In this document: positions 1 to 9,570 of the stretch, piece by piece
How positions within the stretch are numbered: position 1 is the stretch's first letter
Layout of the letters: each line of letters begins with the position of its first letter
Source of the DNA: an uncultured virus (IMG/VR IMGVR_UViG_3300042429_000720)
Lineage: Duplodnaviria; Heunggongvirae; Uroviricota; Caudoviricetes
DNA: 57,652 bases
Direction: 5' to 3' (one strand)
Virus record (IMG/VR): IMGVR_UViG_3300042429_000720
Position numbers and translations under genes: made by a program
Notes under the pieces: model-generated
Databases searched by the model: none
The model's input: only the letters and a program-made list of their open reading frames with translations
What the model was told of the DNA's origin: nothing

Positions 1-28
1 TTCCTCTCAACTGGCAGAGAAATTTAAC

Positions 29-652
29 ATGCATAAGATGAACGATATCTCTCTTACCGAACAAGAGAAATACGTTATTATTGAAAGAGCAGCTAAAGCA
101 TTCGGTGAGTTTCTCGATGCATTAGGAGTTGATTGGAAGAACGATCCTAACTCTTCAGATACTCCACGTCGTGTAGCAAAAGCTTATGTAAACGATTTAT
201 GGTACGGCCGATTCAATCCTATGCCTGCTATCACAGCCTTCCCTTCAGATGGTTACGACGGCATTGTATTTGAAGGAAATATTCCTTTGACTTCGATGTG
301 TTCACATCACCATCAGACCATTACCGGTCGAGTTCATATCGGCTACATCCCCTCTAAGGACGGAAAGGTAATCGGGCTTTCTAAACTGAATCGTATTGTA
401 GAGCATTTCGGCCGTCGAGGAGCTATTCAGGAGCAGCTTACTGTTGCTATCCATAACGCAGTTGATACTGTGTGTGAAGGTAACCTTGGAGTAGCTGTAA
501 TGATTGAGGCAGGTCATAACTGTGTATCATGCCGAGGCACCAAGCACGCCGGTGCATCAATGAAAACATCAAAGCTTTCAGGCAGCTTCCTTGAAGAAGA
601 TTCAGCCCGTGCAGAGTTTTATGAATTTGTAAAAGGATACGCATGCAAGTAA
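29..652 (+). CDS. folE: GTP cyclohydrolase I (probably starts upstream of the window; the frame is open from position 2)
   Basis: TPxRVAKAY, SMCSHH, IGLSKLNRIV, QEQLT and HNCVSCRG Zn-ligand motifs. Confidence 0.96.
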   Translation: MHKMNDISLTEQEKYVIIERAAKAFGEFLDALGVDWKNDPNSSDTPRRVAKAYVNDLWYGRFNPMPAITAFPSDGYDGIVFEGNIPLTSMCSHHHQTITGRVHIGYIPSKDGKVIGLSKLNRIVEHFGRRGAIQEQLTVAIHNAVDTVCEGNLGVAVMIEAGHNCVSCRGTKHAGASMKTSKLSGSFLEEDSARAEFYEFVKGYACK

Positions 653-1137
653 AATTTGTTGACGAAGTAGAACTATTTAATTCTACCTTCGGTAAGCCGA
701 ATAACTACACCCCTATCATTCCTAATGATAAGAAGCTTACAGACTTTGTTGTTAACTTTATTAAAGAAGAAACCGATGAACTCGCCGAAGCAATCGAAAA
801 TAAAGACATCGTGGAAGTGTTGGATGCTATTTGTGATCTCCTGTATGTTGCCGTGGGCAATGCTACTATGGTCTTTGGCCTCAAAGATAAGTTAGAGGCA
901 GCTTACGCTGAGGTACAGGCATCGAATATGTCTAAGAGCTGTGAGACCTACGATGAAGCAATGGAAACTATCGATGCTCATTATAAAGACCATGGTACTT
1001 GTTACACTCGCCAGGTGGGAGATCGATGGGTTGTATACCGTGAATCGGACGATAAGGTAATGAAGTCAATCAATTACTTTGCTCCTAACCTAGAGCAATT
1101 TTTTACCGAAGAAGAAATTAAAAACTCCAAGCAATGA
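643..1137 (+). CDS. MazG-like all-alpha nucleotide pyrophosphohydrolase
   Basis: EExxEL...EVLDAICDLLYV...VQASNMSK...KVMK pattern. Confidence 0.85.
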   Translation: MQVKFVDEVELFNSTFGKPNNYTPIIPNDKKLTDFVVNFIKEETDELAEAIENKDIVEVLDAICDLLYVAVGNATMVFGLKDKLEAAYAEVQASNMSKSCETYDEAMETIDAHYKDHGTCYTRQVGDRWVVYRESDDKVMKSINYFAPNLEQFFTEEEIKNSKQ

Positions 1138-1322
1138 CACCCCAGCAGCTAATCGATCAAAATAAAACCTTCTCAGAAGAGTTGCAGCAATGGATTGTAC
1201 CTCTTATCTTTGTAGACGAAGCTCTTCAGATGAAAACTGCCCAGGATGTAGATGCTAGTATGAAGAGACTTGAAGAAGTAATGCAAGACCTCAACACAGT
1301 AATTAGCAAGATAAATGATTAA
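1134..1322 (+). CDS. hypothetical protein
   Basis: Overlaps both neighbouring genes (ATGA coupling at its start). Confidence 0.6.
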   Translation: MTPQQLIDQNKTFSEELQQWIVPLIFVDEALQMKTAQDVDASMKRLEEVMQDLNTVISKIND

Positions 1323-2145
1323 AATTGCCCATGAGTCTCCAAAAGCTATTTTTAAAGAGATTCAAGAACTTACCGACTACGACTACGCTCTAGTTCACCT
1401 CTTTGAAGAGGATCCTGAATACCTTCAGAAGTTTAAGGATGCTCTGGCAGCCGGCCGAGAAGTTATTCTAGATAATTCTATTTTTGAGTTAGAAGAAGCT
1501 TTTGATGCTAATCGTTTTGCTTACTGGATTAACGAACTTAAGCCAACCTGGTACATCGTTCCTGACTCGTTAGAGAATGTAGAGAAGACTATGTCTAATA
1601 TGGCAGAATGGAATATACACTATGCTGATAAAGTTCCTGCAGAATGTAAGAAGATTGGAGTAGTACAGGGAAAGACTTACTCTCAGATAGTCAATTGCTA
1701 CGAATACATGGTCAGTATAGCCGAAGTAGATATGGTGGCAATCTCTTTCGATTACAGTTATTTCCAAGAGAAATTCCCTCATCCTAACAAATACGTTAGC
1801 TGGATGCTAGGCCGGGTACAGTTGCTAGGTCGAATGCTTAAAGACGGAGTTATTAATCCTGACGTACCTCACCACCTTTTAGGTTGCGGACTACCTCAAG
1901 AGTTTCAATTCTACCGAGAGGCTAAGTACGATTGGATTTACTCCCTAGATACTTCCAATCCTGTGGTTCACGGACTGAAGGAGATTTACTACAAAGACCA
2001 AGGACTGTGGAATAAAGAATCTCAGAAGCTCTTTACCATGATTAACTCCGAAGTTACGGAGAAGCAAATGGAGGTCATTCGTCATAATGTTTCACGCTTT
2101 AGATGGTTTGCAAATGGAAACGCGCCCGTGGGTAACATTCTTTAG
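1315..2145 (+). CDS. dpdA: TGT-fold 7-deazaguanine transglycosylase, DpdA-like
   Basis: ILDNS, VPD, GVVQG, HHLLGC and SLDTS motifs of TGT-like barrels; lies among folE and queF. Confidence 0.75.
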   Translation: MIKIAHESPKAIFKEIQELTDYDYALVHLFEEDPEYLQKFKDALAAGREVILDNSIFELEEAFDANRFAYWINELKPTWYIVPDSLENVEKTMSNMAEWNIHYADKVPAECKKIGVVQGKTYSQIVNCYEYMVSIAEVDMVAISFDYSYFQEKFPHPNKYVSWMLGRVQLLGRMLKDGVINPDVPHHLLGCGLPQEFQFYREAKYDWIYSLDTSNPVVHGLKEIYYKDQGLWNKESQKLFTMINSEVTEKQMEVIRHNVSRFRWFANGNAPVGNIL

Positions 2146-2650
2146 TCAGACAGGTTCTGAGATCGTTCAGATCTCGGAAGCTCTAGGGCGGTGGCCGGAT
2201 ATGATTATTAGTAATCGCCGACCGACTGATGCTAGAATTATTAGTCCTGCTCTTCCTAAAGATCGTCTGTACTTTACCTCCAATAAGCCAGAAGCTTACG
2301 AATACTTACATTATCTCCGTCAGGCAAAAGATCCGATTGTAACTCTACACGGATGGCTTAGAGTACTTCCTGAAGAGGTTTGTGACAGTTACGAAGTTTA
2401 CAACGGTCATCCAGGTTTGATTACCCGCTACCCTGAACTGAAGGGTAAAGATCCTCAGATGCGAGCTTTTGAAGGAGATTATAATACTGGTGGTTGCGTG
2501 ATTCATAAAGTAACTCCCGGAGTAGACGAAGGAGAGATTCTAATGGAAAAAGAAATTAGCATTAGACTGTTGGATCTTGACGGACTATTCCGTACATTAC
2601 ATAAGACTTCAGTCAATATGTGGATTGAATTCCTTAAAGAACGTCTATGA
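2114..2650 (+). CDS. PurN-like formyltransferase (DpdN-like preQ1 formyltransferase)
   Basis: YNGHPGL...KG, GCVIHKV...GVDEGEIL formyltransferase motifs; ATG at 2114. Confidence 0.85.
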   Translation: METRPWVTFFSQTGSEIVQISEALGRWPDMIISNRRPTDARIISPALPKDRLYFTSNKPEAYEYLHYLRQAKDPIVTLHGWLRVLPEEVCDSYEVYNGHPGLITRYPELKGKDPQMRAFEGDYNTGGCVIHKVTPGVDEGEILMEKEISIRLLDLDGLFRTLHKTSVNMWIEFLKERL

Positions 2651-3165
2651 TTAAAAGAGTTGCATTAGTAGGAGCTAGTAGTACCGGTAAGACGACTGTG
2701 TATGAGCTTCTTAAGAATCAGTTCCCGAAGTGGGAGTTTGTAAATGAGAGTACTCGTTCGGTAGCTCGTTACGGCTTTCCTATCAATGAACTAGGTACTA
2801 CAGAAACTCAGTTAGCTATCTCAAGCTTTCATTTAGAGGCATTGCTTAAACCTTATAATCTTATTCTGGATCGTTGTTACTTAGATCTAATAGTTTACTC
2901 TCGTCATATGCCGGGACTATCTCAATCAGGCTTAGATTTTATCGAAGCTACCTGGCAGCGAGTTCAAGACGAATATACTCATTATATCTACTTTCCTATC
3001 GAATTCGATGCAGTCGATGACGGAGAAAGAAGTGTTGATGAAGATTGGAGAAAAATTATCGACGAAGAGTTCAAGTATCAATTAGACCTAACAGACAGGC
3101 ATTACCTGACTGTAACCGGTTCACCTATGCAAAGAGTAAATCAAATCCTTAAATACATTAAATAA
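2647..3165 (+). CDS. P-loop nucleotide kinase-like ATPase (AAA_28/NadR-type)
   Basis: GASSTGKTT Walker A, LILDR, DDGER lid. Confidence 0.8.
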   Translation: MIKRVALVGASSTGKTTVYELLKNQFPKWEFVNESTRSVARYGFPINELGTTETQLAISSFHLEALLKPYNLILDRCYLDLIVYSRHMPGLSQSGLDFIEATWQRVQDEYTHYIYFPIEFDAVDDGERSVDEDWRKIIDEEFKYQLDLTDRHYLTVTGSPMQRVNQILKYIK

Positions 3166-4079
3166 TGGACGCTAACAAGAATCAAAGCGCAGTTGTAGAG
3201 ATTGCAAGTAAACACCTCGGACAGGTAGGTGGTGCAGGCTACTCAGACAAATACGATCCCTCACTGCTAGTAGCAGTACCTCGTTACCTCAACCGAGAGG
3301 CTTACGGCATCAAAGAAGACAGCCTACCTTTCGTAGGAGTTGATTCATGGAATGCCTACGAAGTATCAGCAATCACAGAGAAGGGACGTCCGGTAGCAGG
3401 CATGCTTAAGATTGTATGCCCGGCCGATTCACCATTCCACGTTGAGTCAAAGTCAATCAAGCTTTACCTCAACTCATTCAATATGACTCCTTTTGGCAAG
3501 ACAGCCAAAGAGTGTATCAAGTTTATCGAAACTCAAGTAGCTAAGGACCTTACCGAGCTTCTGCAAGGGGATGTTATTTGTACCTTCTTCGGTAACGATT
3601 ACGGAGTTGAGTTTCAATTCGATGGCTACCAAGACCTAGCCGGTCTAGTAAACCTAGATGAAGTAGAATTTACTTCATTCCACTCAGATGCTTCTCAATT
3701 GAAGGTCTGGGAGGTAAAAGAAGAAAACGTTGTTAAAGAGATTCATTCAGACCTTCTACGTTCTAACTGCCGGGTAACTAATCAGCCGGACTGGGGTGAT
3801 GTTTACATCCGTATGGAAGGTAAGAACGTAGCTGATGAAGCATCACTAGCACAGTACATTGTATCTCACCGCCAGGTCTCTCACTTCCACGAAGAGATCT
3901 GTGAGATGATATTTACTCATCTCATGCAAGCTTATCAGCCTGAAAAACTGATGGTTGCATGTCTTTATACGCGACGTGGAGGAATTGATATTAATCCTAT
4001 TCGAGCCACTCATGCCGAATTGATCCCGGGATGGTTTAAGGATTCGAATAAACGGATGAAAAAAACTTTACGTCAATAA
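3165..4079 (+). CDS. queF: NADPH-dependent 7-cyano-7-deazaguanine reductase, two-domain type
   Basis: ESKSIKLYLNSFN, LLRSNCRVTNQPDWG, FHEEICE, YTRRGGIDINP. Confidence 0.96.
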   Translation: MDANKNQSAVVEIASKHLGQVGGAGYSDKYDPSLLVAVPRYLNREAYGIKEDSLPFVGVDSWNAYEVSAITEKGRPVAGMLKIVCPADSPFHVESKSIKLYLNSFNMTPFGKTAKECIKFIETQVAKDLTELLQGDVICTFFGNDYGVEFQFDGYQDLAGLVNLDEVEFTSFHSDASQLKVWEVKEENVVKEIHSDLLRSNCRVTNQPDWGDVYIRMEGKNVADEASLAQYIVSHRQVSHFHEEICEMIFTHLMQAYQPEKLMVACLYTRRGGIDINPIRATHAELIPGWFKDSNKRMKKTLRQ

Positions 4080-4112
4080 GTTGGAGCCTACGGGCTCCTT
4101 TCTTATTTTTAG
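4079..4112 (+). promoter_or_regulatory. Promoter (AGTTG...TATTTTTAG) with embedded GGAGCC-TACG-GGCTCC terminator-like hairpin
   Basis: Matches the window-wide promoter motif; the ATG follows about 5 nt later. Confidence 0.6.
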
Positions 4113-4116
4113 ATAT

Positions 4117-6450
4117 ATGGCTATAGAAAAAAAGTACTACCTGGTTACAGACAAAGAGACTGTTAACCTACTTATTCAACACATCCAAGAATCAAAGGTT
4201 ATCGCTTATGATACCGAGACTGACTCCCTCAACATGAGGAAAGGTCAGATTATAGGATTCTCCGTATCGGGGGATATCGGGATGGGGTTCTACCTCCCTA
4301 CTATGGCCTGGAACCACCAGACCGGTACCCTAGATGAACTTAATATTGAAGGGGTACCTTGCCACTCTATAGCAAAAAAAATCTTACCTATGCTTATCGG
4401 CAAGAGGCTTGTGATGCACAACGCATCGTTTGACTGCCGGTTTACTAAAAACTTCTACGGGGTGGACCTCCTAGAGAGTTTATGGGTAGATACTGCCTTA
4501 CTAGTCCACACCGTCCAAGAGGAGGGTGCAGGGATGGGGGTATTCGGTCTTAAGTCCCTAGCAATATCAGTACAAAATGAAATCGGACTCGACGTCGAAA
4601 AAGCTGCTAACGAAGAGCAGGTCCTTCTCAAGGAATCTATTAAAGCCAACGGAGGTTCAGCTACTAAGGAAAACTACGAGATTTATAAAGCCGACATGGG
4701 GCTCCTGGGTAAGTATGCTGCTGCTGATACCGACCTTACTCTTCGTCTGTGCAGTCATTTTATGGACGTCCTTCAACGAGAGGGTCTTGAGAAATTCTTC
4801 TTCGAAGATGAAGTAATGCCCCTTTACAAGGAGGTTACTATCCCGATGGAGGAGATGGGTGTTGATTTGAATATAGATTTGCTGCTTGAGACCAGGGATG
4901 AGATTTTAAAAGACTTAGCTGAGAATAAGCAGATCGTTCTTAAATCTTTGATAGGTACTAAGGCCGGCCAGGAATGGGTGGTAGACACTGCTCTAAATGA
5001 GTTCCCGCCCTCTAACAAAGGTACATGGGCACAGACACTAGCCGAGCGATACTCCCTCTCTCTGCCTAAATCTGATAAGACTGGTAAGTTCTCTATTACT
5101 AAAAAGACTTTAGAGGAGCTGGAAGATTCTCCTGCTAAGGAGTACCTACTGACCGGGGACCTAAACCTCTTAGATACTATGGAGGCTATGAAGATCTCGA
5201 TGTCTTTATGGAAGCAAAAGAACGACGGTGACTATGTTAACATCCAGTCTAAAAAACACCTAGGAGAGATAGCATTCAAGTATATGAATATCCGGGCTAG
5301 ATCTCAGACCGCTAAAGGTCAGGATCAGTTCGATATGGATATGCTAGAGGACTTATCTAAGACTCATTCCTGGGCTGAGAACCTCCGGGTTTATAATAAG
5401 CTTCTTAAGATTAAGTCCACTTACATCGATCGGTTTGTTGATAATGCCGAAGATGGGAAGTACTTCTTCTACTTCAAGCAGCACGGTACGGTTTCTGGCC
5501 GATACGGCTCCGATGCCCAGCAGCTACCCAAACCCAAGGAAGAGGGTGAGGACGTTCCAATTATCGTTAAGTACAATAACGCCGTCAGGGCTTTCTTGAT
5601 AGCGGGAGAAGGAAGGAAGATTATCGATGCTGACTATGAGTCACTGGAACCTCACTGCTTTGCTTCAGTATCCGGGGATAGAGGTCTGCAAGATATCTTT
5701 AATAACGGGTGGGACTTTTACTCTACAGTCGCTATTAAGGCCGAAAAGCTTGAACAGGATACAGTCAACTACCCTAATGGAGTTAGTCCGGATAAAAAAT
5801 CTCCGGTCTACCTTAAGAAGATCGATCCCGTTAAAAGGAATAAAGCCAAGGCTTACTCGCTAGGAATAGCTTACGGAATGGAGGCTTACGCGTTAGGAAA
5901 ATCTTTGGACATAGATCAGAAAGCAGCCCAGATCCTAGTTGACGGCTACTTGGATGGGTTCCCCGAACTTAAAGCCTGGAGGATCAACTCCCGTCAGCAC
6001 GTCAAAGAGCACGGCTCTATCAAAAATAAAGTAGGCCGGATAAGGCACCTGCCTAAAGTCCAGAGACTCTACCAGAAGTACGGAGATCAGATCATGGACT
6101 GGAGATATAGGAATGAGCTCGCTAATACCTACGGCAAGGAACAGGTCATGAGTATGTATAGGGATTATCGCAACGGACTTAATAACTGCTTGAACTATCA
6201 GCTGCAATCACTAGCAGCGGCTGTTGTTAACCGGGCTGCTATCCAGATCAATCGTAAGTTAAAAGAGATGGGGATTGACGGCCGGGTTCAGGCTCAGGTC
6301 CATGACCAGCTTATAATTAACGTCCCTGAACATCAAGCCGAGTTAGTAGCACCTATCGTAAAAGAGATCATGGAAAACACCACCCAGCTAGAAGGAGTAA
6401 CTCTAAAAGCACCTCCTGAGATTACAAACAATTGGAGAGATGGGCACTAA
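4117..6450 (+). CDS. polA: Family A DNA polymerase with 3'-5' exonuclease
   Basis: ExoI YDTET, ExoII HNASFD, ExoIII YAAAD; motif A DADYESLE, motif B RNKAKAYSLGIAYG, motif C VHDQL. Confidence 0.95.
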   Translation: MAIEKKYYLVTDKETVNLLIQHIQESKVIAYDTETDSLNMRKGQIIGFSVSGDIGMGFYLPTMAWNHQTGTLDELNIEGVPCHSIAKKILPMLIGKRLVMHNASFDCRFTKNFYGVDLLESLWVDTALLVHTVQEEGAGMGVFGLKSLAISVQNEIGLDVEKAANEEQVLLKESIKANGGSATKENYEIYKADMGLLGKYAAADTDLTLRLCSHFMDVLQREGLEKFFFEDEVMPLYKEVTIPMEEMGVDLNIDLLLETRDEILKDLAENKQIVLKSLIGTKAGQEWVVDTALNEFPPSNKGTWAQTLAERYSLSLPKSDKTGKFSITKKTLEELEDSPAKEYLLTGDLNLLDTMEAMKISMSLWKQKNDGDYVNIQSKKHLGEIAFKYMNIRARSQTAKGQDQFDMDMLEDLSKTHSWAENLRVYNKLLKIKSTYIDRFVDNAEDGKYFFYFKQHGTVSGRYGSDAQQLPKPKEEGEDVPIIVKYNNAVRAFLIAGEGRKIIDADYESLEPHCFASVSGDRGLQDIFNNGWDFYSTVAIKAEKLEQDTVNYPNGVSPDKKSPVYLKKIDPVKRNKAKAYSLGIAYGMEAYALGKSLDIDQKAAQILVDGYLDGFPELKAWRINSRQHVKEHGSIKNKVGRIRHLPKVQRLYQKYGDQIMDWRYRNELANTYGKEQVMSMYRDYRNGLNNCLNYQLQSLAAAVVNRAAIQINRKLKEMGIDGRVQAQVHDQLIINVPEHQAELVAPIVKEIMENTTQLEGVTLKAPPEITNNWRDGH

Positions 6451-6558
6451 AATAAAAAGTTTATATATTTATATAAAAGAGCAGGGGACCGCTCTAAATG
6501 GCTTACCGATTGGGAGCCGGGTTATACTAATTTATTAATAAAAATAGATCTAAGGACT

Positions 6559-6999
6559 ATGACACACATCAAGTACACTCCGTGGACTGCAGACTATACG
6601 TCATCCACATTCGACATCCTATTCAAGGATTTCTTTAACACGAACTCAACGTTCGTATCACCGATCGACCAAAAGATCGGACATCCAGTAGACATTTATG
6701 AAACCGAAAAAGGGTTATTCTTCGAGATCGCCGCAACGGGGCTATCGAAGCAAGATATCAAAATCTCAATTGAAGGTGAAATCCTTCGAATTATTCACGA
6801 TAAAGTGGAAGAACAGGTCGATAAGACTAAAGTTCGTTATTACAACAAAGGACTTAGTAGACGATCATTCAATCTAGGTTATAAAATTGCTCGTAGGTTT
6901 GACCTCAGCACAATTGACGCCCAGATGAAAGACGGATTGCTTAAGATCTTCTTACCTCACACCGAGGAACATAAACCTCAAGAAGTAAAGATTAAGTAA
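6559..6999 (+). CDS. Small heat-shock protein (Hsp20)
   Basis: HPVDIYE, GLSKQDI, GLSRRSF, DGLLKI alpha-crystallin motifs. Confidence 0.93.
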   Translation: MTHIKYTPWTADYTSSTFDILFKDFFNTNSTFVSPIDQKIGHPVDIYETEKGLFFEIAATGLSKQDIKISIEGEILRIIHDKVEEQVDKTKVRYYNKGLSRRSFNLGYKIARRFDLSTIDAQMKDGLLKIFLPHTEEHKPQEVKIK

Positions 7000-7057
7000 A
7001 GTTACATTTGGTCCCCTGCGATTTTTTTCGTATCTTTAAGTATTAATCAAAACAGTT

Positions 7058-7339
7058 ATGGCAAGAGGTAAAAAAGTTGGCCACGTAAAGCCGCAAGTCA
7101 CTATTAAAGATGACTCTATCACTCCCTACTATATTAGTATGGACGAGAATCAATTCACCGTTCAGGTGGAAGGTTCCACTCTCCCGCTAGGCTACTACAG
7201 TAGGTTAGATGGAGCTGTAAAACGTATTGCAAAATACAAAGTACTGGAGAATCTTAATCAATCTACAGTTGACCTGACGGACTTTTTAAAGGCTTACGAT
7301 AAAGTATTAACGCAAATTAATGACCGAATTCCGGTATGA
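7058..7339 (+). CDS. hypothetical protein
   Basis: Promoter motif upstream (TTCGTATCTTTAAG); coupled to groES. Confidence 0.7.
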   Translation: MARGKKVGHVKPQVTIKDDSITPYYISMDENQFTVQVEGSTLPLGYYSRLDGAVKRIAKYKVLENLNQSTVDLTDFLKAYDKVLTQINDRIPV

Positions 7340-7635
7340 AGAAACTAATTCCACTTAACGACCGTATTGTGGTAAAGCCGATCGAAGAGGTCGAGCAGAC
7401 TTACGGTAACATCATTATTGCCGATATGGGCAGAGAGCGCCCAGAGATGGGCGAAGTAATCGCAGTAGGACCTGGACGTATGTCAGAATACGGCAAGTTT
7501 GTTCCAGTGAACGTAAACGTTGGCGATATTGTACTCCTTCCTAAAATTGGTACCATCCGAGTTGAATTCGATGGTGAAGAGTATTATATTGGTCAAGCAA
7601 GAGAAATCCTTTGTAAAGTAATCGAAAATGAGTAA
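7336..7635 (+). CDS. groES: Co-chaperonin GroES
   Basis: PLNDRIVV, GEVIAVGPG, VNVGDIVL. Confidence 0.95.
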   Translation: MKKLIPLNDRIVVKPIEEVEQTYGNIIIADMGRERPEMGEVIAVGPGRMSEYGKFVPVNVNVGDIVLLPKIGTIRVEFDGEEYYIGQAREILCKVIENE

Positions 7636-9262
7636 GAAGATTGAATTTTCAAATCAAGCCCGCGAACAGCTCCTTGCTGGAGTTGAGAAGCTTGCTAACG
7701 CAGTAGCTTCCACCCTCGGTCCTAACGGCCGGAATGTTATTATCGAACAGCAGATGGGTAATCCGGTCTCAACCAAGGATGGTGTTACGGTAGCCAAAGC
7801 AATCGAGCTAGAAGACACTATCGAGAATATGGGTGCCCAGCTTGTGAAGCAGGCCTCAATCAAGACTGCAGACGGAGCCGGTGATGGTACTACTACCTCA
7901 ACTCTCCTTGCATACGAAATTTACAAAGAAGGTTTGAAGCATCTGGATAAGCACAACGCAGTAGACATTAGCCGAGGTGTGGCTAAGGCTACCAAAGAGG
8001 TTGTAGCTTACCTAGAGCAACAAGCCCGAGAAATTACCGACGAAAATCAACTTCGTCAGGTAGCAACTATCTCAGCTAATAACGACCCTGAGGTGGGAGA
8101 GCTAATCGCTGCAGCTATGGACAAGGTGGGGCGTGACGGCGTAGTGACTATCGAAGAATCTCGCACAGGCGAGACCTACCTAGAGACGGTAGAGGGTATG
8201 CAGTTTAATCGTGGATATAAATCAATTTACTTTGTAACTGATAATAACACGATGACGGCTGCATTGAGCAACCCACTGGTTTTAATTGCAGATAAAAAGA
8301 TCACTGCCGCCAAAGAGCTTCTTCCAATCCTGGAAGCATGTTCAGCTCAGAACAAAGCTCTGTTAATCATTGCCGATGATATCGATGGCGAGGCTCTCTC
8401 CACCCTGGTCGTAAATAAGATGCGAGGAATCTTGCAAGTAGTAGCAGTTAAGGCTCCAGAATTTGGAGATCGTAAAAAAGCTATGCTAGAAGATATCGCT
8501 ACGCTGACCGGTGGTCAAGTTGTATCAACTGAGAAAGGAATGCGACTGGATAAGTTCAATCCTGATTGGTTAGGTTCAGCCCGCAAAGTTACCATCGGTA
8601 AAGAAGAAACCACGATTGTGGATGGCAAAGGAGCTTCTGAAGCTATTGAAACCCGGGTAGATGAGATCAAAGCTCTGATCGATAATGCTAAATCTCCTTT
8701 CGAAAAAGAGACTCTCCAGGATCGATTAGGACGATTGATTGGCGGTGTAGCGATTGTTTACGTCGGAGGTCAATCAGAACTTGAGATGAAAGAGAAGAAA
8801 GATCGAGTAGAGGATGCATTGCATGCTACTAAGGCAGCCCTTCAAGAAGGTATTCTGCCAGGTGGTGGTACCGCTCTTTTAAATGCAGCTGAATACCTGC
8901 ATGCTAACAAGACACTAGTACCGTTTGCAAATACTTCTGCAGAACTCGGCTATACAATCCTTCTACAGGCTATCAACAAACCTTTCTTTAAGATTTTATC
9001 CAATGCCGGATACGAACAAGGATACTCAGAAGATATTATGAATGAGGTCCTTAATTCAGATAATTTCTGGCAAGGATTTAATCTACGTACCGAAGAGTAT
9101 GTTGATATGTTTGAGGAAGGTATTATCGACCCTGCCAAGGTAACACGCCTGGCGCTAGAAAATGCAGCTTCGATTGCAGGTACTATGCTAACAACCGAAT
9201 GTGTTGTAAGCAACCTAAAAGAGAAGAGCAGCGATCCTATGGATTTTAATTCAATGATGTAA
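7628..9262 (+). CDS. groEL: Chaperonin GroEL
   Basis: TLGPNGRNV, TKDGVTVAK, AGDGTTT, APEFGDRKK, GIIDPAKVTR. Confidence 0.98.
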   Translation: MSKKIEFSNQAREQLLAGVEKLANAVASTLGPNGRNVIIEQQMGNPVSTKDGVTVAKAIELEDTIENMGAQLVKQASIKTADGAGDGTTTSTLLAYEIYKEGLKHLDKHNAVDISRGVAKATKEVVAYLEQQAREITDENQLRQVATISANNDPEVGELIAAAMDKVGRDGVVTIEESRTGETYLETVEGMQFNRGYKSIYFVTDNNTMTAALSNPLVLIADKKITAAKELLPILEACSAQNKALLIIADDIDGEALSTLVVNKMRGILQVVAVKAPEFGDRKKAMLEDIATLTGGQVVSTEKGMRLDKFNPDWLGSARKVTIGKEETTIVDGKGASEAIETRVDEIKALIDNAKSPFEKETLQDRLGRLIGGVAIVYVGGQSELEMKEKKDRVEDALHATKAALQEGILPGGGTALLNAAEYLHANKTLVPFANTSAELGYTILLQAINKPFFKILSNAGYEQGYSEDIMNEVLNSDNFWQGFNLRTEEYVDMFEEGIIDPAKVTRLALENAASIAGTMLTTECVVSNLKEKSSDPMDFNSMM

Positions 9263-9402
9263 TGAGTAAAGTTTCAAGCAAAGCCCGTTACGAGGCGTTT
9301 ATGGAATGGCACAAGTGGGCTTCAGCTCACTACTCTTCGATGAAAAGAAAAAAGAGAGCCAATTCAGAGTCCCACGGTAACGACTTTAAAACCCAAGAGT
9401 AA
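9262..9402 (+). CDS. small basic hypothetical protein (46 aa)
   Basis: ORF read by eye, TAATG-coupled to groEL and to the next ORF. Confidence 0.5.
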   Translation: MSKVSSKARYEAFMEWHKWASAHYSSMKRKKRANSESHGNDFKTQE

Positions 9403-9569
9403 TGAAATTTCAACTAGGCGATACTGTCAAGCTGTTGGATTCTCGTATTACAACCTTACCGTGTACGGTGATGGAGATTAAAGGAAGTATTATCTTAGTT
9501 GAAGATGCTTCCGGAATCATTCACGAGGTCTTTGCCGAGCAGTTACACAAGCAGATGCTATTTGGATAA
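9402..9569 (+). CDS. small hypothetical protein (MKFQLGDTVKL...; SH3/KOW-like)
   Basis: ORF read by eye; the FxxGDxV start is typical of small phage proteins. Confidence 0.55.
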   Translation: MKFQLGDTVKLLDSRITTLPCTVMEIKGSIILVEDASGIIHEVFAEQLHKQMLFG

Positions 9570-9570
9570 A

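Noticed and set aside
2114..2650. Purine biosynthesis purN auxiliary gene
   Set aside because: Its position between DpdA-like and queF genes favours base formylation, and no other pur genes are present
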